DNA of 64,000 nt from Planctomycetota bacterium (GCA_965223265.1 OZ244999.1:6720001-6784000), one strand, 5' to 3'; counted from the stretch's first letter, positions 18,988 to 31,741 are shown. Program-made: numbers and translations. Notes: a model not told the origin generated them from the letters alone.

Positions 18988-19893
18988 TCAGGAGAGCATC
19001 TTGAGCATCGCCGCAATGCGGTGCGCACGTCGCGTGTCGCTCTGATCCCAGTAGACCTTGAACAAATTGTTCAACGTTCGAATCAGGATCGCGTCGTCTG
19101 TGGCCGAGTCGAAATGCTCGTCCCGGAAACCAACGCCAGCAACGTTCAGGAGCCGAACGCAATCATGTACGGTGAGAAGTCTGCCGCGGTTGAATGCATC
19201 GATGAATAGTTCGCCGCTGTCGCCTTGGTACTTGAGGAGGAAATGCTGCGGCATACACACGCCATGCACTTGGAGCGACAGCCGTCGGCAAACGAGGAGC
19301 ACAACCGTCGCCAGGCTGATCGGGATGCCGCGTTTCTCATCGATGACTCGGTTGACGTAGCTGTTCTCGGGACGGTAGTAGTCCTTCAGCGGCCGCCCTG
19401 AATAGCCAAGTTCATCGAAGAAAAGCTTACGCAACTTGTTCATGGCATCATCGAGGCTACCCCCAGACAAGCGCAAGCGAAGCGTGGCGGCGTAGTCGTC
19501 GAGAATGTCCGCATAGCGCTCGACGTCGCAGTAAGGATCCTCCGTCCGGGCTAAGAGAAACACACCGGTCTCTAGGTCACGGTCCTTTTGACGGCAATAC
19601 TGTACCCACTCTCGGAACACCTCACGGCGACGCCACTCCAGTACGAACCTCTGAGCCTGCACCTTGACGCGTTCGTCTGTCGATTCCCGTGCGGCGTGGC
19701 GAATACTTGGCAGCGCGGGACCGCCGATCCGCTCTAATTCCTCCCATGCCACCGTCAAGATCTTGCGATCCTCGTCCCCGAGCAAGGAGACGAGCGCCTC
19801 GATGCGCGAGAGCGGCACTCGCTGTCCGCGGTTTGCCCCTGATGAAGGCAACGGCGTGCCCCCTCGTTCACTCGCTGATCTGTTTTCGGACAT
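18988..19893 (-). CDS. SirB1/transglutaminase-like (Transglut_core2) protein with N-terminal HEAT-like segment
   Basis: YYRPENSYVNRVIDEKRGIPISL, GVCMPQHFLL, FIDAFNRG. Confidence 0.85.
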   Translation of the reverse strand: MSENRSASERGGTPLPSSGANRGQRVPLSRIEALVSLLGDEDRKILTVAWEELERIGGPALPSIRHAARESTDERVKVQAQRFVLEWRRREVFREWVQYCRQKDRDLETGVFLLARTEDPYCDVERYADILDDYAATLRLRLSGGSLDDAMNKLRKLFFDELGYSGRPLKDYYRPENSYVNRVIDEKRGIPISLATVVLLVCRRLSLQVHGVCMPQHFLLKYQGDSGELFIDAFNRGRLLTVHDCVRLLNVAGVGFRDEHFDSATDDAILIRTLNNLFKVYWDQSDTRRAHRIAAMLKMLS

Positions 19894-20088
19894 CACATTC
19901 TGACGAAAGTTCGACCCAAAGCGCGGCTCGTCGCCCGCCGACGACTTTCGCAATGCGGAGCATATGTAGGCGATATGAGGAGCATCGAGTGTATCTCCCC
20001 TCTCATCCAGTGTTCCAAGCGCGCAGCCCGGCGCTCGACGACCAGCCTGAGACCAGTTTTCGGCTCGAAGCACTTATTCAACAGGCTG

Positions 20089-20757
20089 CTAGCTGAGAAT
20101 ACCCCATGCGTCTGGCGCCGCGTCACAGAATTCTGCAGTCGTGTCGATGATTTCCCTCAACACCGCTTCCATACGTTCGTTCGAAACTTCGGCAGGAAAC
20201 CACGCCACGACGAGAGCGCGCACAGTTCCCTCGTCGACCTTGGTGCGCTGGGCGTCTCGTCCAGGATTACCGAAAAGACTCTCGCCATCGACGAGGACCA
20301 ATCGACCTTCGACCTTGTAGACCTTGCCACCAATGGCAACGTAAGATTCGTCGGGACGGCCAACTCGCATCAGCACAGGCGGCGACACCTTGTCCCAATC
20401 GTAGACCCCGAATGGGCACTGCAGTGACAAGCTCGCCAAATTGATGGCATCGACCAATTGATTCACTTTCGGGAAAGGGCGTTTCTGAACCACCCGTCTG
20501 AGTAGACGCTCCGATGCTGGTCGATCTTTCGTCGGGTCGATGCCAAGAGCGTGGTACAGCTTACGATTGAGCTGCACCCCTTCAAGCGACGAGATGACTC
20601 GTCCTTCGATCGAATGCGCAATCTCGGAGCACATCGAATCGATCCTGGATCGCAAATCAGGAGACGTTGGACCGTTCGTCAGGCCTTTCAGGAAGACCGC
20701 TCCAACGCGGCAAATCCCTTCCAAAGATTCCGAACGCTGTAGCTCGCTGAGTTTCAT
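20089..20757 (-). CDS. Stand-alone B3/4 domain protein (PheT editing-domain homologue)
   Basis: GIDPTKDRPASERLLRR, VNQLVDAINLASL, PFGVYD. Confidence 0.85.
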   Translation of the reverse strand: MKLSELQRSESLEGICRVGAVFLKGLTNGPTSPDLRSRIDSMCSEIAHSIEGRVISSLEGVQLNRKLYHALGIDPTKDRPASERLLRRVVQKRPFPKVNQLVDAINLASLSLQCPFGVYDWDKVSPPVLMRVGRPDESYVAIGGKVYKVEGRLVLVDGESLFGNPGRDAQRTKVDEGTVRALVVAWFPAEVSNERMEAVLREIIDTTAEFCDAAPDAWGILS

Positions 20758-20908
20758 TCCGCTCTCTTGACTCGAGCCTGCCGGCCGCTGGGGCCTGAAT
20801 TCCGATCGCCTCGGGGGCGTTTCTCAGAGATTTCGCCGACTGCTCGTCGCAGATCCAATCGCCAACGTGACGCGCCGTGAGCTCCACCGCGGAGCCCGAA
20901 AGTGCACT

Positions 20909-20955
20909 CTCGACGATTCAGCTCGACGATTCAGCTCGACGATTCAGCCCGACGA
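20909..20955 (+). repeat. 13-bp tandem repeat (CTCGACGATTCAG)x3 plus partial copy, intergenic
   Basis: Read directly from sequence. Confidence 0.85.
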
Positions 20956-21349
20956 CACAGTTGAAAACTAGTGAGAAACGTCTTCCCGCTTTCAAAAGCC
21001 AGCAAAGGCCGCAACTCGACCTTTCAGACTATTCTACGATCTCCTCGCTTGCTGTCGCCGCCCCGCCTCAAGACGAAGACATAAAGAATTCCCGCAAAAC
21101 ATCTTACGCACCCAAGCTGACGCCGCCGAGAAGGCAAGACAAACGCGGTGTAAGGGTCGAAAGTGGCCCGGCGACCACGTCCGCGCCGGCCAACGCTTCG
21201 CTTGGCGAGCGAACGCGCGGCGAGCCCGTCAGTGGCAGTGCCTCGAGACGCCGCGGCACCCGCGCCTCGCCGACGGGACTCGACGTCGATCACGCGCACT
21301 CTTCGTCGAAGCTAGGCCGTGCCTTGCCGTCGCTCCTCTGTGCGTTCGG

Positions 21350-21979
21350 TCAACCACGCGTTCGCCGATACTCGTCGAGAAGGTCGGAGTAGTCTTGCGG
21401 ACGATCCATGTCGCGCGCCACCGCGGCATTCGGTGTTTCGACCTCGAGGCGCTTGGCGGCGCGGATCACGTCACGTGCCGTTTGGCCCGGAACCAGTGCC
21501 AGGAACGGCTCGCGGAGCGAGCCTCGGCACAGAACGGGATGCCCACGCCGCTCGCCGTAGCGCGGGATGAACACCTCACAGCCGTCGGTGTCGGACCGCA
21601 CGGCGCTCACAAGGAGCTCATAGTCTTGAGCGAGGACAAGAGGACAATCGACGGGATGAATAGCGAAGACAAAACAGCCGCCCTCCGGCAGTGCGCGGAG
21701 ACCGAGCTGCAGCGAGCGTAACTGGTCGCTGTCGGGATCTGGGTTGACGACCCATTCGACGCGCGGCACTGCTTTTACGTGAGCCTCGATGACTCTATCG
21801 CGCTCAACACCCACGACAACGATGCTGCGGCAGACTCCAGCTGCCGCACCAGCCTCAAGCACAAGGTCCAGCGCTGTCCTACCATCGAACTGTAGGAGCG
21901 GCTTCGACGTCCCCATGCGACTCGATTTGCCAGCCGCCAGAACGATTTGAAAAACCTCAAGCTCTGCAGATCGCATCAC
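21350..21979 (-). CDS. Nucleotidyltransferase family protein (MocA/MobA-like)
   Basis: LAAGKSSRMG..KPLL, SLQLGL, RGHPVL, DMDRPQDY. Confidence 0.88.
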   Translation of the reverse strand: MMRSAELEVFQIVLAAGKSSRMGTSKPLLQFDGRTALDLVLEAGAAAGVCRSIVVVGVERDRVIEAHVKAVPRVEWVVNPDPDSDQLRSLQLGLRALPEGGCFVFAIHPVDCPLVLAQDYELLVSAVRSDTDGCEVFIPRYGERRGHPVLCRGSLREPFLALVPGQTARDVIRAAKRLEVETPNAAVARDMDRPQDYSDLLDEYRRTRG

Positions 21980-22521
21980 AGCTCCTCAGGACCCGACGCT
22001 GATGTCGCACTCGCATCAAGGCCGTCCACGCGAGTGAGAATCTCGCCCAGATCAGCAGCATGAATTTGCAGCGGTGCGACATAGGAAAACACGACGTAGC
22101 CGCAGCGATCGAGGAGAAAACTACTCGGTCGAGCGATGTTCCATACCGGCAAGGACAGACGCTGCCAAACTCCGTAGGCGCGGCTGACGCGGCGGTCGGA
22201 ATCGACGACGACGGGAAACGATACCGGTTTCTCCGTGAGATAATGGGCCAAACTCTCGGTGCGTTCACAGACAACGGCGACAAGGCTGCAAGACGCTTTC
22301 TCGAACCGCTCATGATAGTCGGTGAGCAGCTGCAATCGCGCCCGCGTGTTCGGGTCCCACGAACCGCGAAGGAAATCGATGAGAACCGGGCCTCGCATGA
22401 GCCGGCTCGTTAGGCTCACCTCGATTCCAAACGGCGTTGACAGCGCAAATCCGGGCGCCGTGTCGCCGACAGCGAGTGGCGACTTGCGCCACGGAATCTG
22501 ATCGTTTGTTCCTCGACTCAT
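21976..22521 (-). CDS. Peroxiredoxin-like (AhpC/TSA redoxin fold) protein lacking active-site Cys
   Basis: VGDTAPGFAL, FLRGSWDPNT, FPVVVDSDRRVSRAYGV, RPSSFLLD. Confidence 0.8.
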   Translation of the reverse strand: MSRGTNDQIPWRKSPLAVGDTAPGFALSTPFGIEVSLTSRLMRGPVLIDFLRGSWDPNTRARLQLLTDYHERFEKASCSLVAVVCERTESLAHYLTEKPVSFPVVVDSDRRVSRAYGVWQRLSLPVWNIARPSSFLLDRCGYVVFSYVAPLQIHAADLGEILTRVDGLDASATSASGPEEL

Positions 22522-25121
22522 CGCCCAAGAAACCTCGCAATTTCAGAGACGACGGCGGCGAGGTCGCCCCGTAACACCCGAGCCTCAGGCAACGACTCAA
22601 GAAACAGGCGACCATACGACTTCGACACGATGCGCTGATCGAGAATGACGACCACGCCTCGATCCGAGGTCGACCGAATCAGTCGTCCGAACCCCTGCTT
22701 GAGTTTCAGCACGGCTTGCGGCAGAGAAAAACTCCTGAACGGATGGATGCCGCGGCGTTCGAGGTCCTCAACCCGCGCTTCCTGAATCGGCTCGGTCGGG
22801 ACGCGAAATGGTAGACGTGTGATCACGACGCACTCGAGCGCGCGGCCTTTGACATCAACGCCTTCCCAGAAGCTGTCTGTTCCAAAGAGTACGCCGCGCT
22901 CTTCGGCGACGAAACGCCGCACAAGCTGACCTCGCGGGGACTCTCCTTGCGCCATCGGATCGAGTCCAAGCTCGCGGAGCGGCCCCGCCAGGGCGTCATA
23001 AGTCTTTCTCAGCAATCGATACGACGTGAACAGGATGAACGCTCGACCGCCGCTCGCCTTGACGACCGCGTACACTGCTTCGACCAAAGCTCCCTCATAC
23101 GAACCAGAACTCGGCGGCGGCAAATCCGTCGGCGTCGCGGTAATGGCTTGGCTTTGATAGTCGAACGGAGAAGCAAACGAGCGAAAGACGAAGCGCTCTC
23201 TTTCGATGGCGTCCAGCCCAAGGCGCTCGGCAAAGTACTGGATCCTCCCGGCTACCGAAAGTGTTGCCGAGGTCAGCACCACCGTTTCGACGCGGTTGAA
23301 GAGATTTCGGCGCAGCTCGCCCGCAACTCGAATGGGCGCAGCTCCGAATCGGAGGCTCGGAATCGCGTCGCCGCGGCGCTGGCGAAGCGTCAGCCATCGT
23401 GCCAAGTTGCGATCCGTCAGCGTACAAAACGTTCCCATCTGCTCCACCAGCGCCTGCAGCCGGCTCCCAAACGAAGTCAACTCCAAGAGCAGCGAGGCGC
23501 TCTTCGACTCGGGCAACCTCGATCCTGAGAGGGCCTGGACGGCGCGCTGGTTCGTCCGCAGCACGACCCCGAGCTCCTTTTGCACGGCGGCGAGCCGTGT
23601 CTGAACGCCGCGCCAGAGCTGGCGCTCCTTTCCCTCACGGTAGCGAAGCTTGGTCTCCCCCGCGAAGGTCTCTAAACCTTCACGCCCTCCGTCGTCGGCG
23701 CCCTCTTCGTTCGCCGCGGGCGGCGGGGCGCTCGCCTCGACCACGTCGAGCGCACTCAACGTGAGCTCATCAAACTCCGCGTCGATCCGCTGCAAGGCGC
23801 TGGGCACAGCGACCGGCAGCCCGGATTTCAGGGACACCGCCGTGGTCTCGTCGACGGCCTCAACCTCACGGATCACGCGCCAAATGGCCCCTTGATTCGC
23901 CTCGGACTGTGAGCACATGCGGCTGAGCCGACGCCGCACACCCAACGGCGAGAACTCCAGTCCCAAGTGTTCACTCGCGACCTCCTCGAGATGCTGCGCC
24001 TCGTCGAAAATGACGCGTTGGTACGCCGGCAAAACGCCGTCAGCGCCAAAATCATCGGCGACTCGACGAACGGCCAGGTCAGCGAAAAAGAGATGATGGT
24101 TGACGACAAGGATCGCCGCGCTCGAGGCGTGTCGACGCGCCGAGTAGAAGAAACAGTTGCCATAGTGGCGGCAGTTCGACCGCAGCGACTTGTCCGACTC
24201 CGACATGACCTGCTCCCACGCATCGGGGTGCGGCGACCAGTTGAGGTCCGCCAAACTGCCGTCGGCCGTTCGTGCACTCCAATCGATCAGGCTGCGAAAC
24301 TGCGCGTCCCACTTCTCCGCACTCTCTCCTGTCGACTGCACCAAGTCGGCGTCGAGGCTGGCTGCAAGTTCTTCGATCTTACGCCGACAGGCGTATTGTC
24401 CACGGCCTTTGACGAGCGCGAACGCGAACTGGTACGGCAGAGCACGTCGCAGGAAGGGGAGGTCTTTCGTGACCAACTGCTCCTGCAGCTGAATCGTTCC
24501 AGTCGAGATCACCACGCGCTGGCGATTTCTCACCGCCCAAAGGATTGCCGGCACCAGGTAGGCAAAGCTCTTCCCAACGCCGGTTCCGGCCTCGAGCGCG
24601 GCGACTTCGTCCCGATTCAGCGCCGCGGCAACGGCACGCGCCATGTCGACCTGCCCACTTCTGGACTCGTAGTCGTCGAAAGCGCTGCCGAGCGCGCCGG
24701 AGGCGGCGAATAGCTCCTGCACTTCTTCCAGGTCGATAGGAACCGCCTCTGCCGCCACGAAACGTGGCGCCGTGACGAGATAGTGGCGGCTCGCGTCGCT
24801 CGAGATGATCGCAAAGCCGACGCCGTGGCAGCGCAGCGACGCAGCGACCTGCAGATCCGGATCCGATGGCTCGAGATTGCCGCTCGGATGATTGTGGAGA
24901 GCAAGATCCCAGCCGCCCACGTCTTCGATCACGGCCGGCACCGCAGTTTCGTGACCACGCGCCATGACCTCGGCGGCGTGGACCGTCGCGATCCGCTGGT
25001 CACCGTCGACCCGCCAGCGCACTTTGGCTAGGAAAAACACCTCGCGTCCCGACGCGGCCTCAATGAGCTCGGCGACGCGCCGCTTCAGGCCCGGCTCGAA
25101 ACGAAGCTCGACGTCCGTCAC
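22518..25121 (-). CDS. DinG/YoaA-family helicase with N-terminal JAB/MPN domain
   Basis: HNHPSG..PSDPD JAB motif; EAGTGVGKS, DEAQH, LTSATL, FWEGVD, QGFGRLIR; start uncertain (25121 or 25187). Confidence 0.9.
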   Translation of the reverse strand: MTDVELRFEPGLKRRVAELIEAASGREVFFLAKVRWRVDGDQRIATVHAAEVMARGHETAVPAVIEDVGGWDLALHNHPSGNLEPSDPDLQVAASLRCHGVGFAIISSDASRHYLVTAPRFVAAEAVPIDLEEVQELFAASGALGSAFDDYESRSGQVDMARAVAAALNRDEVAALEAGTGVGKSFAYLVPAILWAVRNRQRVVISTGTIQLQEQLVTKDLPFLRRALPYQFAFALVKGRGQYACRRKIEELAASLDADLVQSTGESAEKWDAQFRSLIDWSARTADGSLADLNWSPHPDAWEQVMSESDKSLRSNCRHYGNCFFYSARRHASSAAILVVNHHLFFADLAVRRVADDFGADGVLPAYQRVIFDEAQHLEEVASEHLGLEFSPLGVRRRLSRMCSQSEANQGAIWRVIREVEAVDETTAVSLKSGLPVAVPSALQRIDAEFDELTLSALDVVEASAPPPAANEEGADDGGREGLETFAGETKLRYREGKERQLWRGVQTRLAAVQKELGVVLRTNQRAVQALSGSRLPESKSASLLLELTSFGSRLQALVEQMGTFCTLTDRNLARWLTLRQRRGDAIPSLRFGAAPIRVAGELRRNLFNRVETVVLTSATLSVAGRIQYFAERLGLDAIERERFVFRSFASPFDYQSQAITATPTDLPPPSSGSYEGALVEAVYAVVKASGGRAFILFTSYRLLRKTYDALAGPLRELGLDPMAQGESPRGQLVRRFVAEERGVLFGTDSFWEGVDVKGRALECVVITRLPFRVPTEPIQEARVEDLERRGIHPFRSFSLPQAVLKLKQGFGRLIRSTSDRGVVVILDQRIVSKSYGRLFLESLPEARVLRGDLAAVVSEIARFLGR

Positions 25122-25568
25122 GCTGCTCAAAGTTGACTCCGTAAAAGACGTCACTTTTCGACGCCGACAGCGGGCCTCCGGAGACACAGTGCAAAACCGT
25201 CTTTACACCTTCGCACCGCATCTGCAATGCCAGACGCCTCCACTAACCTCTTGAAATTATACGAAGTTACAAAAAGCGGCCCATCTCTTTTTCGTGGAAC
25301 GGAGTTTGCTCTTTAATGCTCCCAGCTCCCCTGGAATGAGGTGCATTTCGGGAGTCGGAGAAGGCTGTTTCAAGCAATTGTCGTTGATTGGTTTATCCAG
25401 TGGACAAGGAAGGAGCTTGGACGCGTGCCTCGGTCTCCAGGGGAGCGGATTCTTCCCGCTTTGATGCGCCCCGCGTCGACGAAAAGCGCGCGGCGACTGG
25501 AACCGCCAGTCCAGTGATCGAGCGCATAGCGCCGCTTTCAGTCTTCGATCCAACGCTCGGCAGTCTCG

Positions 25569-26441
25569 TTAGCGCTTCACGCCGACCGCGTCGAAAATGC
25601 GCTCCATGTGCAGCGCTCGATTGAGCACGTAGAAATGGATGCCGGGCACGCCGCGGTCGATGAGATCACGCACCTGGATCGAAGCCCACTCGACACCGAT
25701 CTGGCGCACACGCGCAGCATCGTCGCCCGCCGCGATCAGCTGCTGCTCAAGCGGTGCAGGAATCCGCGCACCACACAGTTGCGCGATGCGTTGAATCTGA
25801 CCGAACGACTGAATCGGCAGCAGCCCGGCCACGATCGGCACGTCAATTCCCAGCGCCTGAGCCTTGTCAACGAAGTTGAAGTAGTCGCTGTTGTCGTAGA
25901 AGAGCTGCGTGATGACGATATCCGCACCACAGTCGACTTTAGCCTTGAGAAAGCGTAGATCGCTGTCGAAGTCCGGCGCTTCAATGTGCTTCTCAGGGTA
26001 GCCGGCAACCGCCACTCCAAAGTCGCCGCGCTCATGAATGTGGGTGACGAGCTGGCTCGCGTGCTGATAGCCGCCCTCAACCGCGACGAACTTCTCCTCG
26101 CCTTGAGGTGGATCACCGCGAAGCGCGACAATGTTTTCGATGCCGCCCTGGCGCAAGCGATCGAGGATGCCGTCGATCTCTTCCCGCGTCGATCCGACAC
26201 AGGTGAGATGAGAGGCGGTTTCGATCCCGAAGTCCGACTTGATTCCGGCGGCGATGTCGAGAGTCTTCTCCTGCGTCGACCCGAAGGCGCCGTAAGTCAC
26301 TGTCATATAGTCCGGTGCCAGCGCGATCAATCGCGGCAAGACGTCGCGAAGCTGAGCCTCTGCCTTCTCGCTCTTGGGAGGGAAGACTTCAAAGGAGACA
26401 ACCGGCCGTGTGGCGCCGTCGAAGAACTCTGCGAACCGCAT
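25569..26441 (-). CDS. metF: 5,10-methylenetetrahydrofolate reductase
   Basis: SFEVFPPK, VTYGA, HLTC, ALRGD, AGYPEKH, ITQLFYD, HFYVLN. Confidence 0.95.
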   Translation of the reverse strand: MRFAEFFDGATRPVVSFEVFPPKSEKAEAQLRDVLPRLIALAPDYMTVTYGAFGSTQEKTLDIAAGIKSDFGIETASHLTCVGSTREEIDGILDRLRQGGIENIVALRGDPPQGEEKFVAVEGGYQHASQLVTHIHERGDFGVAVAGYPEKHIEAPDFDSDLRFLKAKVDCGADIVITQLFYDNSDYFNFVDKAQALGIDVPIVAGLLPIQSFGQIQRIAQLCGARIPAPLEQQLIAAGDDAARVRQIGVEWASIQVRDLIDRGVPGIHFYVLNRALHMERIFDAVGVKR

Positions 26442-26604
26442 CGAAAGCATCTCTTCAGGAAAAGGGGGCGATCTGACCGACCCGCCAGACCTGCCGGCGG
26501 GCCATGCCCATACACAGAATTCGGGGCACAAGATGGTTATCGGTGGAAACTCCGCCGTTCGCCACCCCAAAACCGCCCGTGTCGAAGACTCTCGTGTGCG
26601 CGCC

Positions 26605-27009
26605 TTACCGTCGCACGAGACGCAGTCGCGTCTTGGCGACGCGGATGCGCTCGTAGTGCGCGGCCAATGTTTCTGCGTCGCGACTCTCGGGTCGGTCGGC
26701 GCGCGCTGCCTCTAGATTCGCCTCAGCAGCTGCGACGTCCGCTTCGGCGAGGTCCTCGACGTCAGCGGCCAACACCGTGACGCGGTTCTTCGCTACCTCG
26801 ACGAAACCACCGCCGCGCACAAAGTAACGCTGTTTGCTACCGTCCTCACGTTCGATGCGGAGCTCGCCGAAGCTCAGCGCTCCCACCAGCGCCGCATGTC
26901 CCGGTAAGATTCCCATCTCACCGTCGAGCGCCGGGACAACGACGGACCGCGCCCCACCCTCGAAGACCATTTCTTCCGGACTGGTGACGACGCACTCTAG
27001 AGTAGCCAT
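26605..27009 (-). CDS. atpC: ATP synthase F1 epsilon
   Basis: VTSPE, GEMGILPGHA, GGFVEV; operon position. Confidence 0.95.
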   Translation of the reverse strand: MATLECVVTSPEEMVFEGGARSVVVPALDGEMGILPGHAALVGALSFGELRIEREDGSKQRYFVRGGGFVEVAKNRVTVLAADVEDLAEADVAAAEANLEAARADRPESRDAETLAAHYERIRVAKTRLRLVRR

Positions 27010-27064
27010 GGATTCATCTCACGCTGTCGTTCGTTACTTGTCGTCGCGGCACTGAGCAGCCTGT

Positions 27065-28561
<1,497 letters not shown>

Positions 28562-28623
28562 TTAACGGTTGATTTCAGTTTCGATCGACGGCTCATCGCC
28601 AACGACCCACAGCGCAACTCCTG

Positions 28624-29493
28624 CTAATCGAGAGCATCCGCGCCTGTGACGATCTCCATGATTTGCTGGGTGATACTGGCTTGGCGCTCGCGATTGTACT
28701 GCCGCGTGTAGAGACCAATCATCTCGTCGGCGTTGTCGCTGGCGAGTTTCATCGCCATCCGGCGCGCGAGCTGCTCGCTGACGGCGGCTTCGAGAAAGAG
28801 ACGGTAAACCATCTGTTTGACGGAAAGTGGCAGAAGCGTCTCGAGAATCTCCGCTCTGCCAGGCTCGAAGAGCACGTCCACGTTGCGCGGGGACGATTCA
28901 CCCGCGTCGCTCGTCGCCTCGATCGGCAGCACCTGCACGGCCTCGGGTGACTGCTGAGCCGCCGAATAGTAACGCGTTGAGGCGACGACAACGCGGTCGA
29001 CTTCGCGGGCGACAAAGCGCTCGAGAAACAGCTGCGACAATTCCTCGGTCTCTTTGAATGTCGGCTTGTCCTCAAAGTGGGTGTACTGTGCGACGGACGA
29101 CAACTTGAGATAACGGAAGCGCCCGATGCCCTTGCGACCGACGAGATAGACGTCGGTCTCACGTCCTGCCTCACGCTCCTGGCGGAGCCAACGTTCGGCG
29201 AGCGACATCACGTTCGAGTTGTACCCACCACAAAGACCGCGGTTGGCAGTGATGATGAGGAATGCGGTTCGAGTCACATTCTCGCGCGACTCGAGGAGCG
29301 GATGTTCAACGGTACCGGAGGCGCGAAGGTTGCTGAGGATCTCCGCCAGCTTGTTCGAGTAGGGCAGTGTCGCCTCGATGCGGCTCTGCGCCCGCTTCGA
29401 TTTCGCCGTGGCCACCATTTCCATGGTGCGGGTGATCTTCTGCGTGTTGGAGATACTGCGTATCTTTTTCCTGAGATCCCTGGCACTCGCCAT
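28624..29493 (-). CDS. atpG: ATP synthase F1 gamma
   Basis: KITRTMEMVA, RGLCGGYN, RQASITQQI. Confidence 0.97.
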   Translation of the reverse strand: MASARDLRKKIRSISNTQKITRTMEMVATAKSKRAQSRIEATLPYSNKLAEILSNLRASGTVEHPLLESRENVTRTAFLIITANRGLCGGYNSNVMSLAERWLRQEREAGRETDVYLVGRKGIGRFRYLKLSSVAQYTHFEDKPTFKETEELSQLFLERFVAREVDRVVVASTRYYSAAQQSPEAVQVLPIEATSDAGESSPRNVDVLFEPGRAEILETLLPLSVKQMVYRLFLEAAVSEQLARRMAMKLASDNADEMIGLYTRQYNRERQASITQQIMEIVTGADALD

Positions 29494-29547
29494 CGATGGG
29501 TTCCGCGTTCAGTTTGGGGGGGTCGAAAAGAGAAAACGTAGAGAGCC

Positions 29548-31080
29548 TTAGGCCGCTGAATCCGCCGTCAGAGTCTTGGCGAAATCGCCGACGAACTCGT
29601 CGAGAACCTTCTTGAGGAGCGCTTCAGTCTCGTCGGAGAGATCTTTGTCTTTGTTGATCGCCTCGGGGAGTTCGCTGTAGGCTGAGTGGACGAACTTCAG
29701 GAGCTCGCTCTCGAAGCGACTCACTTCGCTGACCGGGATCTTGTCGAGATAGCCCTTGGTCCCGGCCCAGATCGAAATCACCTGGTCGATGACGTCCATC
29801 GGCACGTACTGATCCTGCTTGAGCAGCTCGACCATGCGGAAACCGCGATCGAGCTGGGCCTGCGTCGCCTTGTCGAGCTCTGTCCCGAGCTGGGCAAAGG
29901 CCTCGAGCTCGCGGAACTGCGCCAGGTCGAGCCGCAGTGATCCTGCGACCTTTTTCATCGCCTTGATCTGAGCGTTGCCACCGACGCGTGACACCGAGAT
30001 GCCAACGTCGACGGCCGGCCGCACGCCGGCGAAGAAGAGATCCGGCTGCAGATAGATCTGGCCGTCGGTGATCGAAATCACATTGGTGGGAATGTACGCC
30101 GACACTTCACCTTCCTGCGTCTCGATGACTGGCAGCGCGGTGAGCGACCCGGCGCCGAGGTCGTCCGAGAGCTTGGCAGCGCGTTCGAGGAGTCGTGAGT
30201 GCAAGTAAAACACGTCTCCCGGATACGCTTCGCGACCCGGGGGGCGACGCAAGAGAAGCGACATCTGTCGATACGCCGCGGCCTGCTTGGTCAAATCGTC
30301 GTAGACGCAAAGGGAATGTCCGCCCTTGTAGGTAAAGTACTCAGCCATGGCGACGCCCGAGTACGGCGCGATGTACTGCATCGGTGCTGGCGAGGACGCC
30401 GGCGCGCTCACCACGATGGTGTAGTCCATGGCGCCCATCTCGTGCAGTCGTTCCACGACGCCCGCAACCGTCGACGCCTTTTGACCAATGGCAACGTAGA
30501 CGCAAATGACGCCTTGACCCTTCTGATTGATGATCGCATCGACACCGATCGCGGTTTTCCCGGTGCCGCGGTCGCCGATGATGAGCTCGCGCTGCCCGCG
30601 CCCGATCGGGATCATGCTATCGATCGCCTTGAGGCCCGTCTGCAGCGGCTCAGACACCGGCTGACGGTCGGCGATGCCGGGGGCGTTCGACTCCACGGGT
30701 CTCTCTTCCGTCGCGTTGATCGGCCCCTTGCCGTCGATCGGGTTGCCGAGCGGATCGACGACGCGACCGACCAATGCATCACCGACTGGCACACGAACGA
30801 CGCCTCCGGTGCGCTTGACGGTGTCGCCTTCGCGTAGATCTTCGTACTCGCCCAAGATCACCGCGCCGATGCTGGACTCCTCCAAGTTGAAGGCAAGGCC
30901 CATCGAGCCGTTCGAGAACTCGAGCATCTCACCGGCGCAGGCTTTCGACAGGCCATAGATCCGCGCGATACCGTCACCGACTTCGACGATCGTGCCTTCT
31001 TCTTCGAGTTGAAAGTCGGACTCGAAACGATCGAGCTCCTTCTTCAGGACGGAAGTAATTTCGCTCGGATTAATTTTCAT
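29548..31080 (-). CDS. atpA: ATP synthase F1 alpha
   Basis: [32 protein letters not shown]. Confidence 0.98.
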   Translation of the reverse strand: MKINPSEITSVLKKELDRFESDFQLEEEGTIVEVGDGIARIYGLSKACAGEMLEFSNGSMGLAFNLEESSIGAVILGEYEDLREGDTVKRTGGVVRVPVGDALVGRVVDPLGNPIDGKGPINATEERPVESNAPGIADRQPVSEPLQTGLKAIDSMIPIGRGQRELIIGDRGTGKTAIGVDAIINQKGQGVICVYVAIGQKASTVAGVVERLHEMGAMDYTIVVSAPASSPAPMQYIAPYSGVAMAEYFTYKGGHSLCVYDDLTKQAAAYRQMSLLLRRPPGREAYPGDVFYLHSRLLERAAKLSDDLGAGSLTALPVIETQEGEVSAYIPTNVISITDGQIYLQPDLFFAGVRPAVDVGISVSRVGGNAQIKAMKKVAGSLRLDLAQFRELEAFAQLGTELDKATQAQLDRGFRMVELLKQDQYVPMDVIDQVISIWAGTKGYLDKIPVSEVSRFESELLKFVHSAYSELPEAINKDKDLSDETEALLKKVLDEFVGDFAKTLTADSAA

Positions 31081-31639
31081 GGACCAACTCGCTTCCTAAC
31101 TTGAGAGATGACATGCGCTGGCCGATCTCGTCCACCGCAGTGCGCAGACTGCTGTCGGCTACCATTCCGGAGAAGCGCACCACCATGCCGCCCAGGATTT
31201 CTGCGTCGACTTCGCTCTCGAGCTCGACCCGTTTGTCGAGCCGCTTCTCGAGGGTCGTCTGGAGCTGCTCGCGCACGTCCGCTTCGAGCGGGACCGCCGT
31301 CGTCACGTTGACGTGCACCAGTCCGATCTTCTCGTCATAGAGAACTCTGAACTCTTCAAAGATCTCGTCAAGACTCGAAGCGCGGCCGTTGCGAACGACA
31401 AGCAACACGAACTTGTAAAGCGTGTCGCTTGTCTTTCCCTTCAAGGTCTTCGAGAGGACCTCAAGCTTCTCGTCCGTTTCAACGCGCGGGCTCTCGAGAA
31501 AAAGTCGCAGTCGCGGTTCCACTTCGAGAAAGTGAGCGAAGAAGTCCGCCTCTTCACGCACCGCCTCCAGGTCGCCTTTTTCTTCAGCGGCCTCGAGGAG
31601 AGTTCGAGCGTAGGTTACGACGAAGGTCTCAGTCTTCAT
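31070..31639 (-). CDS. atpH: ATP synthase F1 delta
   Basis: [20 protein letters not shown]; operon position. Confidence 0.95.
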   Translation of the reverse strand: MKTETFVVTYARTLLEAAEEKGDLEAVREEADFFAHFLEVEPRLRLFLESPRVETDEKLEVLSKTLKGKTSDTLYKFVLLVVRNGRASSLDEIFEEFRVLYDEKIGLVHVNVTTAVPLEADVREQLQTTLEKRLDKRVELESEVDAEILGGMVVRFSGMVADSSLRTAVDEIGQRMSSLKLGSELVHEN

Positions 31640-31741
31640 GCGCTCTCTGGAGAATGGTCGTTTGAAAAACGGTGCTCAGTCTGAACAGCAACAAGCATTG
31701 CGGCAGGTCATCCAGACGCAGAACGGCAGCCAAAAGGCCGC

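Noticed and set aside
19061-19073. GAAC-N5-GTTC, LexA-box-like
   Set aside because: Wrong spacing and inside a coding region.
20877-21392. 171-aa plus-strand ORF in the gap between the B3/4 and MocA-like genes
   Set aside because: Low-complexity, no RBS or motifs, opposite to the surrounding genes.
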